NCBI RefSeq assembly: GCF_016433145.1
Contig: NC_058135.1
Span: forward strand, 296,086,205 to 296,150,204
Direction of reading: 5' to 3'
Length of the DNA stretch: 64,000 nt
Origin: Gracilinanus agilis
Taxonomy: Eukaryota
A program made the position numbers and the translations under genes. Positions 48,680 through 60,069 of the stretch are shown piece by piece. Position 1 is the stretch's first letter. Each line of letters starts with the position of its first letter. The notes under the pieces are model-generated. The model was not told the origin of the DNA. It ran no database searches and saw only the letters and a program-made list of their open reading frames with translations.

Positions 48680-48940
48680 ATAACAGCTAATCGGTAGACA
48701 GCATTTTGATCTTTACAAAGAACACTGAAAAGATGACTTCATTTGATTCCCACAAAAACTCTGGGAGGTGGCTGCTATTATTGTGCCCATTTTAAAGTTG
48801 GGGAAACTGAGGCCAAGAGAGAGATTGAGCGGCTTGTCCAAGGTCACACAGCTAGTCAGTGTCTGAGGCAGAATTTGAACTTGGGTCTTGCTGATTCCTA
48901 GGTCAGCACCGTTTCCACTGCACTACCAAGTTGTCCCTCT
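48680..48940 (-). mobile_element. MIR SINE
   Basis: Contains CCCATTTTAAAGTTGGGGAAACTGAGGCC...CCAAGGTCACACAGCTAGT. Confidence 0.85.
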
Positions 48941-51534
48941 CTGCCAGACCCTCTTAGCCTTCAGTTTTTCCGTGCCCTGCTGGGTCTAGGAGTCACCCGG
49001 CGTGGAGTCAAAAACTCTGAGAGCTCTTGAAGGTCACATGGGGTCATCTTGGCGAGCCCTCTGCCTCCTGTCAAGGTGAAACCTAAAGTGTCATGAGAAA
49101 ATACACAGCTTGACCTTTTGCTAATTAGCCTCAGAAGCCAAAAATCCACGTTAAATTAGAGTATAGAGAGAACGACCAAGCCAGGCCCCCTTCCCTCCGG
49201 GCATTACGGGCCGCCTGGGCCTCCCTCCATAAACTCTGCAGCTGTTGGATCTTGCTCGCCTTCCCGCTGGTCTCAATTTAAATCCCGATGTCTGGGGCTG
49301 GAAGGGCTCTTAGTGACGATCTACGCCGACCCCTTCATTTTACAGATAGGGAAACTGAGGGCCAGAGGTGAAAGGGCATCTTGGCCGAGCCAAGACCACA
49401 ATGCAGCTGTCCTGCCTCCAGACCGAGGCCCTTCCCCAAAGGTTAGCTGTGAAAAAGCCAAGAGAGCCGAAGAACTGAGAAGGAATCCTGCTGCTTCTTT
49501 TCACTAGCTGCGGGGTCTTGGGAAGTTGCCTGGACTTCCTGAGCTGTGGTTTCCTTATCAGCAAAAACCCCACTGAAAGGAGACAGAGAGCTCGAAGCCA
49601 GGAAGGCTTGAGGCCAGGTCCCGCCTCTGACCAGCCCTGGCTGTTGTCTTTGGCAAGCAGCACCCAACTTGTCGGGGCCCCCAGAAACCCTGTGAGATGA
49701 TGGGGGGGCAGAAAGGGTGCTCCCTCACCCGGCAGGGAAATCTTAAGGGCAATTCCTCCCCCGAGCCTTGAGCTGAGGCGGTGAGGATGGGAGGATGCTG
49801 GGATTCCTCATCAGCAGCCAGACACTGCCTGCCTCCTGTGTCTCCCTGCTGCCGAAGCCTGGCCCAAGGTCTGCTCCTTCCTGAGCTCTCCTCCAGGCAG
49901 CCCTAAGGCGGCGGCGGCCCTGGAGTTATTCCCCTCCATTCCCTAGTAGAGATTGGCGCAGTCTCAGGGTCAGAACTCGAACCCGGGTCCTCCGAGCCGG
50001 GACACTAGGACACTCCATCAGAGAAGCAGCAGTGCTGACACTCCTTGGCTTTTCTCTGGCCCTTTAATGCTCGCACATCTCCTCTGGTCCTCCCAAAGCC
50101 AGGAGGATGCAGGGATTGCCAATTCGGAACCACCTTGAGAGGTCGCCCAGCCTCGACTTCTTCATCTGAAAGATGATGAACCCGAGCCGGCCCCCTCCCT
50201 AGAAGTGGCCCTGAATGTGGGCTTCGCTGGTCCCACAAGCAGGGTTCTATGCCCTGGCCCTACCGTCTGTTCCACAGAGCGTGTTACACCAGCCTCAGAA
50301 GAGGGATTCGATAGAGGGGCGGAAAGATAAAAGCTAGAAAGCACAGCTCTCTGAGCACTGGAAAGGAAAAGACTGGGCCAAGGACTCTTGGAGCAACGTC
50401 TGCCTTGATTGGGTGGGCGAGGCAAGCAAGGCAGAGGTCTGCGCCCTGATCATCGACCTAGACGGCTGTTCGAAGGTAAAAAGAGGAACTTCCAGAGTGG
50501 GGCGGAGGAAGACTTGCAGGGGTCAGTCTTGAAATGTAGGTGCCAGAAAGGTCAGGACCTTTGACCGGGCTTCTTAAAATCCCTCTTGACGTGGTACTTC
50601 ACCCATTTCTGAGAATCCTCCCCCCCCCCCCCAGGCTCAGGGCTCGCCGCCCTCCCGCATGCTTCAGTTTGGTATAAAGAAGGGGTAACACCAGAGAATC
50701 CCACACGGCGGGTTAATGTAGTAACTCTTCCTCGGGCGCCAGCCCGGGCCCCCCCTTGGGCTGGCTACAGGCACAGACTCCTGTCTGGGACGTGCTTCTT
50801 GCTACGAGCCACGGCGGGGCAGAGTCCCGAAGGAAAGGGGCTCCGAGGCTAGCACGAGGAAAAGGACGAAGGCATGAGGAGAAACAAAGGGAGGCGTCGG
50901 CCGGAGAGCCTTACGGTGAGGCAGGTCCTTGTAGACTTGGAGAAGGAGACTTTTGTGGACTTAGACCACAGGGTCGGCTATCGGAGAAGGGAGACGAGAC
51001 AGAGAAATGAGCTCCTTGCAGAAGTGAGAGAGAGGCCGAGGAATGACAAAAAAGCGGGCGTAGACCCACAGCTCAGTCTGCCTGGGCATCCCCCCAGTCA
51101 CTCCCCCAGCCGTTATCCAGCACACAGTAGGAGCCATCCATGCTTTGCCCATGTCCTGCTTGGTGGCCCCAATAGCCTCTTAACAATCATGCCTGAAAGG
51201 AGGAATCTCAGAAGTATTTGACACTGAGATTCTCGATATTCTGTCCCAAAGAGCAACGTGACAAATTGAAACATCAATTGGGAGGGGGAGGAGGACGCCA
51301 CCTAATCGGATTTCTAACGTCTCCTCAGAACAGCCAGGCAGCCATCCCTCACCGGACCTGACCTCCTAGGCCCAGGGTGGGGGGGGGGGGGCGAGAAAAA
51401 AGGAAGTCGTCGAGGCGAGAACCACAGGTTTCCACACAGGGTGGCAGCCGCATGTAGCAAATGATCAGATGAAAAAGTGAAGTAAAAGCACTTAGATGAA
51501 AAGAAATGATAAATCTAAACAGACCGACCAAATA

Positions 51535-51559
51535 TGTGTGTGTGTGTGTGTGTGTGTGT
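51535..51559. repeat. (TG)n microsatellite
   Basis: Directly visible. Confidence 0.97.
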
Positions 51560-51779
51560 ATGCGGGTGGAAGATCTCCCAGTTCACCCGAGAATCAACGA
51601 ATTCTAAAAGGAGGATCCAGTTGAGCCACTTGAAGAAATTCTAAGGAGACTCTGAGAAAGGGGTAAGACCCGAATTATTCATCTCTTCAGTTAAAGTAAA
51701 GTAGCTTAGAAAGGGGAAGGTGCTCCCTATGCGAGGCGAGGCTGCTCTGCCGAGCTCTCCCATTCCTTCTTCCTCATGA

Positions 51780-52330
51780 AGAAACGATTAACTTCTTATT
51801 TCAGCCTCGTCTGCAGTTTCCTTTATTAGACTGCAAAGGTGCATCGAATCTAAAAAGAGACTCCAGCCGTTCTTTGCCTTCTTTGTCCTAAGTCCCTCCG
51901 AATTGTCTTGCTGAGGATAGCTAAGCCTGTGGCAGTTAGTCATCCCACAGCATTGCAGTGACTGGGTGTACATTGTCCTCCTGGTTCTGCTCCTTTCACT
52001 GCGCATCAGTTCGTGAAGGTCTTTCCTGCTTTTCTGCAGTCGTCCTGCTCATCACTGCTTACGGCACGCTAGTATTCCATCACCATCGTATACCACGATG
52101 TGTTCAGCCGTTCCCCGGCTGAGGGACATCCCTTTAGTTTGCGATTCTCCGCCACTACGAAAGAGCAGCTAAAATATTTTTGTACAAGCAGGCTTTTTCT
52201 CCTTTTTTTAACCTCCCTGGGATACAGACCCAGTAGGGGGGTGACTGCACCAGAGGGTGTGCCTCGTTTTACAGAGGGGCAAGGCTTTCAAATCTCAGCA
52301 TGGAGTTTCACACAAATGTGCAATTAGTAT
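51780..52330 (-). mobile_element. L1 3' fragment, unusually CpG-rich
   Basis: Contains GTACATTGTCCTCCTGGTTCTGCTCC and aligns by eye to 29330-29560. Confidence 0.8.
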
Positions 52331-52352
52331 TTTCTCATGGAAAAGATAAAGT

Positions 52353-52563
52353 GGGGGCAGCTGGGTCGCTCAGAGGATGGAGAGTCAGGCCTAGAGACGG
52401 GAGGTCTTAGGTTCAAAACTGACCTCAGACACTTCCCAGCTGTGTGACCCTGGGCAAGTCACTTGACCCCCATTGCCTAGCCCTGACCACTCTTCCACCA
52501 GGGAGCCAATACACAGTGTTGATTCCAAGAAGGAAGGTAGGAGTTAAAAAAAAAAAAAAAAAA
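52353..52563 (+). mobile_element. Long-tail CORE-SINE
   Basis: GAAAAGATAA on both flanks. Confidence 0.92.
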
Positions 52564-53370
52564 GAAAAGATAACAAAGGGACCAGGAGGAGTTTTCAGAG
52601 CAAAATTTCGGGAAGAAAGTTTAGTTTTTAGACAGAAACACGCACGCTGGAAACTCTTCCTCGGGGACCGGCCTGGGGCTCTGCTCTTGGGCTGCTCACA
52701 GACACAGACTCTCGTCTGGGACTCGATTCTTGCTCCGAATCACAGCGTGGCAAACTAAAGGACTCTGAAGTGAACACAAAGGAGGGGCCGCCTAATGGCA
52801 TCTCCTTCTTCCGTGCCCAGGGAGTGAGGTGGGTAAGCAAGGCTGAGAGAAATTCCCCGCAGCGGGAGACAAGCTCTACCCGGGCAGGCCAGCCAGAGTG
52901 ACAAGAGGCAGAGAAAAGAAGGCAAAGGGCTGGGCATGCCAGAGAGGAAAGGCCAGAGGAGAGGGTTAGAGAGCGAGGAGGGGCTGGCGTCGGGCCCTCC
53001 GGGGTCCGCCTGGCTGGGGGGCCCGAGGGGTAGGGAGGCCGGGCGTGACTTGATGGATTGATTTTGGGCGCACCATTTCTGGGGAGAACGCCGTAGGCTA
53101 AAGAAGCAGGGGAGCCTTTTGCAGGAACAGAGATTGGCAACGACTTACAGGATGGAAACAATGGCCGGAGGTTGTCTTAGCGGCTCTAAGCAGGGTTTCC
53201 TATAGGATAATAAATCGCGCGTCAGCCTGTCGATGTATGACCCAACTGTGCATTCTGCTTACAGAACTCCTGCTTTACTGACTTTTCTTGGCAGGGCAGC
53301 CAGCATTTGGGGAGGGGAAACGTGTGCTTTTGTCATGCTGGGGAACAGGCGGTGTGCTGGGTCATTTCTT

Positions 53371-53582
53371 TTCTCTTTTTCTTTTTTTAGATCCTCACAT
53401 TCCATCTTGGAGTCAATACTGTGTATTGGCTCCAAGGCAGAAAAGTGGTAAGGGCTAGGCAATGGGGGTCAAGTGACTTGCCCAGGGTCACACAGCTGGG
53501 AAGTGTCTGAGGCCAGATCGGAACCCAGGACCTCCTGTTTCTAGGCCTGGCTCTCCATCCACTGAGCTACCCAGCTGCCCCC
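53371..53582 (-). mobile_element. Long-tail CORE-SINE
   Basis: Antisense consensus. Confidence 0.92.
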
Positions 53583-53724
53583 TGCTTAGTCATTTCTAAG
53601 CTGTGACTTCCCAGAGGCCTTGCCAACTGGTGCATTGAGCATTCTACAGCCTTGCTGGAATGGAATCCCCTAAACTTCTTATGCTCTTCCCATGAGCTGG
53701 TTCAAAGGAATGGTGGTGGGAATG

Positions 53725-53870
53725 GAGAGAAAGAGAGGGAGGAGGGAGAGGAAGGGAGGAGGGAGGAAAGAAAGGGAGGAGAAGGGGGAAGACAGAGACC
53801 AAGAGGAGGGGAGGGGAGGGAAGGAAGAGGGAGGAAGGGAGGCAGAGGGGAAAGAGAGACAAAGAGAGGG

Positions 53871-53939
<69 letters not shown>

Positions 53940-53949
53940 AGAGAGAATA
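53725..53949. repeat. Polypurine tract ending in (GA)n, running into the gap
   Basis: Directly visible. Confidence 0.95.
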
Positions 53950-54344
53950 NNNNNNNNNNNNNNNNNNNNNNNNNNNNNNNNNNNNNNNNNNNNNNNNNNN
54001 NNNNNNNNNNNNNNNNNNNNNNNNNNNNNNNNNNNNNNNNNNNNNNNNNNNNNNNNNNNNNNNNNNNNNNNNNNNNNNNNNNNNNNNNNNNNNNNNNNNN
54101 NNNNNNNNNNNNNNNNNNNNNNNNNNNNNNNNNNNNNNNNNNNNNNNNNNNNNNNNNNNNNNNNNNNNNNNNNNNNNNNNNNNNNNNNNNNNNNNNNNNN
54201 NNNNNNNNNNNNNNNNNNNNNNNNNNNNNNNNNNNNNNNNNNNNNNNNNNNNNNNNNNNNNNNNNNNNNNNNNNNNNNNNNNNNNNNNNNNNNNNNNNNN
54301 NNNNNNNNNNNNNNNNNNNNNNNNNNNNNNNNNNNNNNNNNNNN
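53950..54344. other. Assembly gap (395 N)
   Basis: Run of N flanked by simple repeats. Confidence 1.
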
Positions 54345-54590
54345 TGTGTTGTGTGTTGTGTTGTGTTGTGTTGTGTGTTATGTTGTGTCATGTGTTGTGT
54401 GTTGTGTTGTGTCGTGTGTCGTGTGTTATGTTGTGTTGTGTGTTGTGTGTTGTGTTGTGTTGTGTGTTGTGTTGTGTTGTGTGTTATGTTGTGTCATGTG
54501 TTGTGTGTTGTGTTGTGTCGTGTGTTGTGTGTTGTGTTGTGTCGTGTGTCGTGTTGTGTTGTGTTGTGCTGTGCTGTGTTGTGTTGTATT
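54345..54590. repeat. (TGTGT/TGTTG)n degenerate microsatellite
   Basis: Directly visible; begins at the gap edge. Confidence 0.97.
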
Positions 54591-54625
54591 ATAGGCATAT
54601 TGTAGGCAGTGACTGAGCTTCCATG

Positions 54626-54640
54626 CCGGTCTGTTCTCAG
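54626..54640 (+). other. Probable splice acceptor of the MRGPRG coding exon
   Basis: CCGGTCTGTTCTCAG|GCG, 95 nt upstream of the ATG. Confidence 0.6.
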
Positions 54641-54735
54641 GCGGTCCGAGGGTCCGTGGCGCCCGTGCAGTGAGTCTGAGGACATCCGGGGGAGCGGGAG
54701 GTCGTCTCCTCCATGATTTCTCTGGCCTGAACAAG

Positions 54736-55584
54736 ATGCTGAGTTTCTGGAGTGTCCTCAGTGGCAGAACTCTCTACGTGGCCCTCTTCTCCCTCACGGT
54801 GCTCATCGGCCTGGGGGGGCTGGTGGGCAACGGCCTCCTGCTCTGGCTCCTGGGCTTCCGAGTGAAGAGGAGCCCCTTCTCCGTCTACATCCTCCACCTG
54901 GCCGGAGCCGACTTCCTCTTCCTGGGCTGCCAGATTGTGTTCGCCGTCCTGACCTTCACGCGGGGCTCGCAGCCCTTCTACGCGGTGGTCTTGTTCCTCT
55001 GGTTCACGGCCGGCCTGGGCCTGCTGGTGGTCCTGAGCCTGGAGCAGTGCCTGACTGTCCTCTTCTCCACCTGGAGCCACCGCCGCCCCCAGCACACGTC
55101 GGCCTGCGCGTGCGCCCTGGCGTGGGCGCTGTCCCTGCCGCTGGTCTTGGTGCCCAGCAGCGCCTGCGGCTTGCTGACAGGGGGCGGCTCGTGGCTCACC
55201 TGCTTCCAGTACCACGCGGTGGGCACCGTCTGCTTGTTCCTCCTCTTCTCTGTCCTCTGCGTGTCCGGCCTGATCCTGCTGGTCCGAGTGCAGTGCTGCT
55301 CCCAGAGCGGGCCTCCCTTCTACTACTTCAGCCTGCAGATGGTCCCCCTGTTCTTCTTCTGTGGCCTCCCCTTCCTCGTCTACTGGGCCTTAATTAACAC
55401 CATGACCTTCATCGTAACCTTTTTTTCTAACTTCCTGTTTGTCGTGGAGTTCCTGGCCTGTGTGAACAGCACCACGAAGGCCCTCGTTTACTTCTGCGAC
55501 GCCGGCCACCGGCGGGACCTGCGAAGGGCCTGGGCCAGGGGAGGGAAGAGCAGGTTCTCCGAGGCCCTGGAGATGACGGCCTGA
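54736..55584 (+). CDS. MRGPRG: MAS-related GPCR member G, 282 aa
   Basis: Very short N-terminus. Motifs LTVLIGLGGLVGNG, LHLAGADFLFL, short TM3 with FLWF, PSSACGLL, CFQYH, FFCGLPFLVYW and LACVNSTTK resemble human MRGPRG. Lies downstream of MRGPRE on the same strand, as in eutherians. Confidence 0.85.
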   Translation: MLSFWSVLSGRTLYVALFSLTVLIGLGGLVGNGLLLWLLGFRVKRSPFSVYILHLAGADFLFLGCQIVFAVLTFTRGSQPFYAVVLFLWFTAGLGLLVVLSLEQCLTVLFSTWSHRRPQHTSACACALAWALSLPLVLVPSSACGLLTGGGSWLTCFQYHAVGTVCLFLLFSVLCVSGLILLVRVQCCSQSGPPFYYFSLQMVPLFFFCGLPFLVYWALINTMTFIVTFFSNFLFVVEFLACVNSTTKALVYFCDAGHRRDLRRAWARGGKSRFSEALEMTA

Positions 55585-55619
55585 GCTCCGGGCCCATCGA
55601 GCCTCTTCTCCACGGGCGA

Positions 55620-55790
55620 AAGCCTCCCAGATCCCCGGAGAATTGTAGCCAGAAGGAAGCGGCTCCGATCAGAATGGAAGCTCCTTGAGAGCAGGAACTG
55701 CCTTGGGTTTGTCTCTGTATACAACTCCAGGGCCTGCCATCGTGGCTGCTGCCTAGCAGGATCTAATAAATGTTGAGTTGCATTGAGTCC
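55620..55790 (+). mobile_element. L2 3' end within the MRGPRG 3' UTR
   Basis: Contains GAATGGAAGCTCCTTGAGAGCAGGAACTG...CTAATAAATGTTGAGTTG. Confidence 0.7.
55765..55770 (+). terminator. Candidate MRGPRG poly(A) signal inside an L2 tail
   Basis: First AATAAA after the stop codon, followed by GU/U-rich TGTTGAGTTG...GACTTTTTT. Confidence 0.5.
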
Positions 55791-56779
55791 AGTTGACTTT
55801 TTTGAAGACTCATGACAGGATGAGCTTCCCCCCCTCCCTAAGCTCAGTGGGCGGCCTCCAGAGGTAGTGACCTTCCCCCCAACCAAGAACCCCAAACACA
55901 GGCTGAATAGCCACTCGTTGGGGGTCTTGTCCGCAGAGACTCTGCTCAGGCCCCTGATGGAGTGGATGACTAACGAGGGGCCCTCCTGAGAGTACGGGAA
56001 CGGAATTGAATAGAATTAAATTAGACAGTGGAACAGTACGGTGTGCCTTGGCTTTGGAGTCAGAAGGGCTGAGTTCAGCTCCTGCCTCAGACACTCATTG
56101 GCTGTGTGACCTGGAGGAAATCATCCAACCTCTGGGGGCCTCCGTTTCTTCAACTACAAAATGAGGGGATTGGTCTAGATGGCGTGGATCTTGGTTGCTT
56201 TGACTTGAATTGAATTAAAATCTAGGAAGAGATTCCCCCTCTCACAAGTATTTTTCAAAAGCAGCCAGACCAGTCTTGGTCCCAAAATGTGTGAGCCGTG
56301 TGATCTTAGATAAGTCACTTCCCCTCTGGGCCTCAGTTTCTTCCTCTTTCACTCCTTCCCTTGCTCAGTGGCTGTGAGCCTAAAGGGTTTCTGGAAATGG
56401 GCATCATTATGACCGTCAGCCAATTCTGTGCTAGAGGAAACTCTTGACTTTGGCCTCTCTTCACCTGCCGAGATATATGGACAGGAATGGGCTACCTGAG
56501 GGAGAAGGGATGGGGAACTCTTTGGAGAAAGGCTTGGGGAGGGCACTGGCTAACGAGAACGATTAAAGAAGCTCACAGAAATAGTGTCCAAAGTAGCCTA
56601 GAGCTCTCTAGTCTAATCCTTCCGTCACATCACTTCATGGGGTGGGTGGGGTCTTGAGGGAGGGCCAGCATCTCCTGTGGGAGGACTCGCAAGCCCTTTT
56701 CAGGGCTGCTTCCCTCCTTTGGGTTCCTCTCGCCACCCAGCTCTCGCCTGCGGTTCCAAGAAGCTCTAGCTATGTACAG

Positions 56780-57190
56780 TGCCCACATTCCAGTAAGACC
56801 AGCTTGGCAGATGGGCTAAACCAGGTTGAGGGTAACCGATGGGCCTACAGCCCACCAGAGAGTTCGGGAGATGACCTCCCCAGGCAGGACAAGACGTCTT
56901 CCCGCAGAATGGGTGGATGGGAACGCTTTTCCCCAACAGCCATGGAGGCAATGGAAGCAGGCGCTATGGAGGGCTCAGAACTTGGCCAGACATCAAAGAA
57001 GCAAAGGCTGTTCACTGCAGCCCAGGGCACCATCCTGGTTATCTTTCTATCGGGTGTTGATGACTCTGGAAGAGACAACGAGGCTGACAACTTTGTGAAA
57101 TTCGGCCTCACTTAAATCCAGTTTATGCTTGAGGCAAAAGACATCATCAGAGGATGGCATTTTGGTCCTCTTCAAGTATACAGAACAGTA
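56780..57190 (+). mobile_element. RTE-related marsupial retroposon (WALLSI/Mar3-like)
   Basis: Contains GAACTTGGCCAGACATCAAAGA...GATGACTCTGGAAGAGA...GAGGCTGACAACTTTGTG...CCTCACTTAAATCCA. Confidence 0.6.
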
Positions 57191-59019
57191 GCCACTCAAC
57201 TAGCCTGGTCTAATCCCCTCATTTTACTTATGAGGAAACCGAGGATGAATGAGACTAAATAACCTCCTCAAGGTTGCACAGGTAAGAAGCATCAGAGGCA
57301 AGATTTGAACACAGAGCCTTTGACTCTGAATCTGCCAGGTCATTTCATGTCCAGGCCTGGATTCTACCAGACCTACAGTCCTTTAAGGTGAGGACATGTC
57401 TTGTTCCAGGCTCCATGCCCAGGTCAAGGTGTCAGGTCCTGCCACTGGAATTATAATGAGGAAAAATCACTCCCCAGACAGTCTGCAGCCATCAGAGTAG
57501 GAAGACCACTCTGCCAGCCCAATGTGTCTCCTCTGGATATCGAAAGAAGGTGCTGTCTCCCCTTCTTCCTTATGTGCTTGGGGAGGCAGACTCTGCATTG
57601 GTGGATTGGCCATTGAGGTCCCAGAATCCCTATAGGGCATTCCACAACTTCTCAGGGGTCCGCAGGGTCTTTCCCTGGCCTCATCAGGTCAAGTCACGAT
57701 TGGTTGGTTGGTTTTAAGGATGGGAAAACATGAACCTGTTTCTAGGCAGGCAGGCAGGAAGCAGCCAGCAGACAGAGAGCAGCGATTCAGGACTTAGAAG
57801 ACAGTGGGCATGAGAGAGGGGATCATGTGCTCCTGAAATGGAGGGGGAACAGTCTTGTGGAAGCAAAGAAGATCACTTAAGAGTGGGCAGTAAGGGAGGA
57901 GATAATGAAGAAGATATGAGATAAGGAGGGGAAGAAGGACCTCAATGAATTCTCCATTTGAATGAAACCACAGGTCCATTCCTTAACCTACCAAGCCAAA
58001 AGTATGCCAGAGGCCTTCAGGGGCCCTTATCCCCCTGCCCACCTAACCCCCACCCCAAATCCTTCTCCTTTCCCTGCCTCCCTGGTTCATTGGCCCATTT
58101 TGCTGCTGGGTATTGCTATTTACCTTACTTGCCCTCTCCCTTGTGGTTTGACCCAAACTGTGACTTCTTACATCTCCCAGAGTCCTTCTCCCTTTGACTC
58201 CAGCATCCTTCCCATCCCCTTTTCTCAGTTCCATTGCCACTCACTTTCTTCCTGGTTTCCTGTTTCTCTTAGCTCCCCTTGGGATCCTTGTGTGGTCAGC
58301 TCATGGTCTTCTCTCTGCCCTTTCCCTCCCTTAATTTCCCTGGCTGCTCCTCCCTGGCATCCTCCTCCTCCTCCTCTTCCTCCTCCTCCTCCTCCACGGA
58401 CCTCAGAAGAGCTCTTTCTAGTGGTGCCCCATGTACTGTCTCCTTTCCTTCATCTCTTCTTCCTATTCTTTCTTTTCGCTTCCCGATGTTTTCTTCTTCT
58501 TTTGTTTAAAATGTGCCTCCATCGGAACATGTGGATGAACAACTGAATGCAAAAGCCTTCCTTGAGCACTTAAGATGGACCTGGCACCATGCCAAATGCT
58601 GGGCATACAAGTACGAAAGGGAAGACAGTCTTTGCCCTCAAGGAATCGGGTGAGAGGACCGATGGGGCAGTGGAAGCCAAGGAGGAGTTTTAGTTTGGAA
58701 GAGTTACAGGGATAGTGAGTGGATCCCTAGATAAGTCCTTATTTTCCTAAAATATTTCCCCGGGTCCTCGCTTTCCTGTTTCCTTACAGCCCCAGGTGCC
58801 TTGTGGGTATTTCTTGGACCAGCTCTACCAGCTGTCTCTCCATGCCTTGCTTTGTCCTGGGCCCTGAAGCCAACCCAGTGGAGCCTACAGCCCCTTACTG
58901 GACCAAGACCTCGGGCAGTTGGTACAGATTGCATTGCTTCCAGGCAAAAGGTCACCCGCCAGGTCCTTATGGGAGTCTTTATCGAATAATTCAACCCAGA
59001 CCATCTTCAGTCTAATGGA

Positions 59020-59190
59020 AAAAGGTTTCAAATTGTGAACAAAACTAGGAGAAGGGAGCAGCTTGTTCTGCCTGGCCCCAGGGGCAGGACTAAAAGTGGG
59101 GGACTGAAGGCTGTCCCAGAGTAGGAGGGCTGGCAGCTTCTTCTCACTGTTTAGTTTGCAGAAGAGGCTGAATGCCCATAGCCTGTAATC
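59020..59190 (+). mobile_element. L3/CR1 3' fragment
   Basis: Contains CTTGTTCTGCCTGGCCCCAGGGGCAGGACTA...GCAGAAGAGGCTGAATG. Confidence 0.55.
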
Positions 59191-59475
59191 CTGCAGGGGG
59201 GATTCTTGCTCAGCAGCCTTTGCCTCTCTATGCAGGTAATGCTCAGCATTCTCTGGCCAACCCTAATCTCTCTGGTGACTTCCAGAGTCAAGACTCCAAC
59301 ACTCTAGCAGGCATCTGAAAAGGGCTCAAATATAGAACCCTGATTTTCTTCCCCCCATTCCCATCTTCTTAAACCTCATATTTCTTCACTACCTACTTTT
59401 CCAGCCAGTGACGCCACTGGCTTCCTTCTGGTTCCTCAAACAAGACATTTCTTCTCAACTCTCGCCATTGGCTTT

Positions 59476-59685
59476 TTTTTTTTTTTAAATCCATACCTTC
59501 CATCTTAGAATCAAGACTGTGTATTGGTTTTCCAAGGCAGAAGAGTGGTAAGGGTGAGGCAAAAGGGAGTAAGTGACTTGCCTAGGGTCACACAGCTAGC
59601 AAGGTGTTTAAGACCAACTTTGAAACCAGGACCTTCTTTCTCTAGACCAGGCTTTCAATCCATTGAGCCACTTTGCTGCCCCTTC
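59476..59685 (-). mobile_element. Older long-tail CORE-SINE
   Basis: Antisense and diverged. Confidence 0.85.
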
Positions 59686-60069
59686 AATGTCCTTTTTGAC
59701 AAGCTATAGTGTTGCCTGCCACGACTGGTGCCTTCTCTCCAGAACCTTGACAAGACAGAAGAGGGGGTTTTAATGGTCAGGGAAGTCCTTTCCAGTTCTA
59801 AATCTAAGCTTCTCAGCTCACCAGCACACCTGCTTGCATTCTCAGGAATCAGCAGTCAGTTCCAGAGATGAACCAGGGAAAGGTCAGAAACAAAATGCCA
59901 TGGAGCCACAAGGGGGCACTGTTTCTCCACAAACACAAAGACCTTTCTGGGGCATTGGGCAAGGCTCACCCTAATTCAGCATGTAGCCCTGCTCAGCAAT
60001 GAGGATAGGAAGGAAGGCAGCCTGTGGCTTCTTCCCTCAAGCAGGTGGCATTGACAACCTGCAAATAAT

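Noticed and set aside
51199-51228. 9-bp inverted repeat GAATCTCAG...CTGAGATTC
   Set aside because: The stem is too short for a pre-miRNA and is expected by chance in 64 kb.
53652-54734. ER-repeat, SL-repeat and Cys/Val-rich ORFs
   Set aside because: They are translations of microsatellites read through an N gap.
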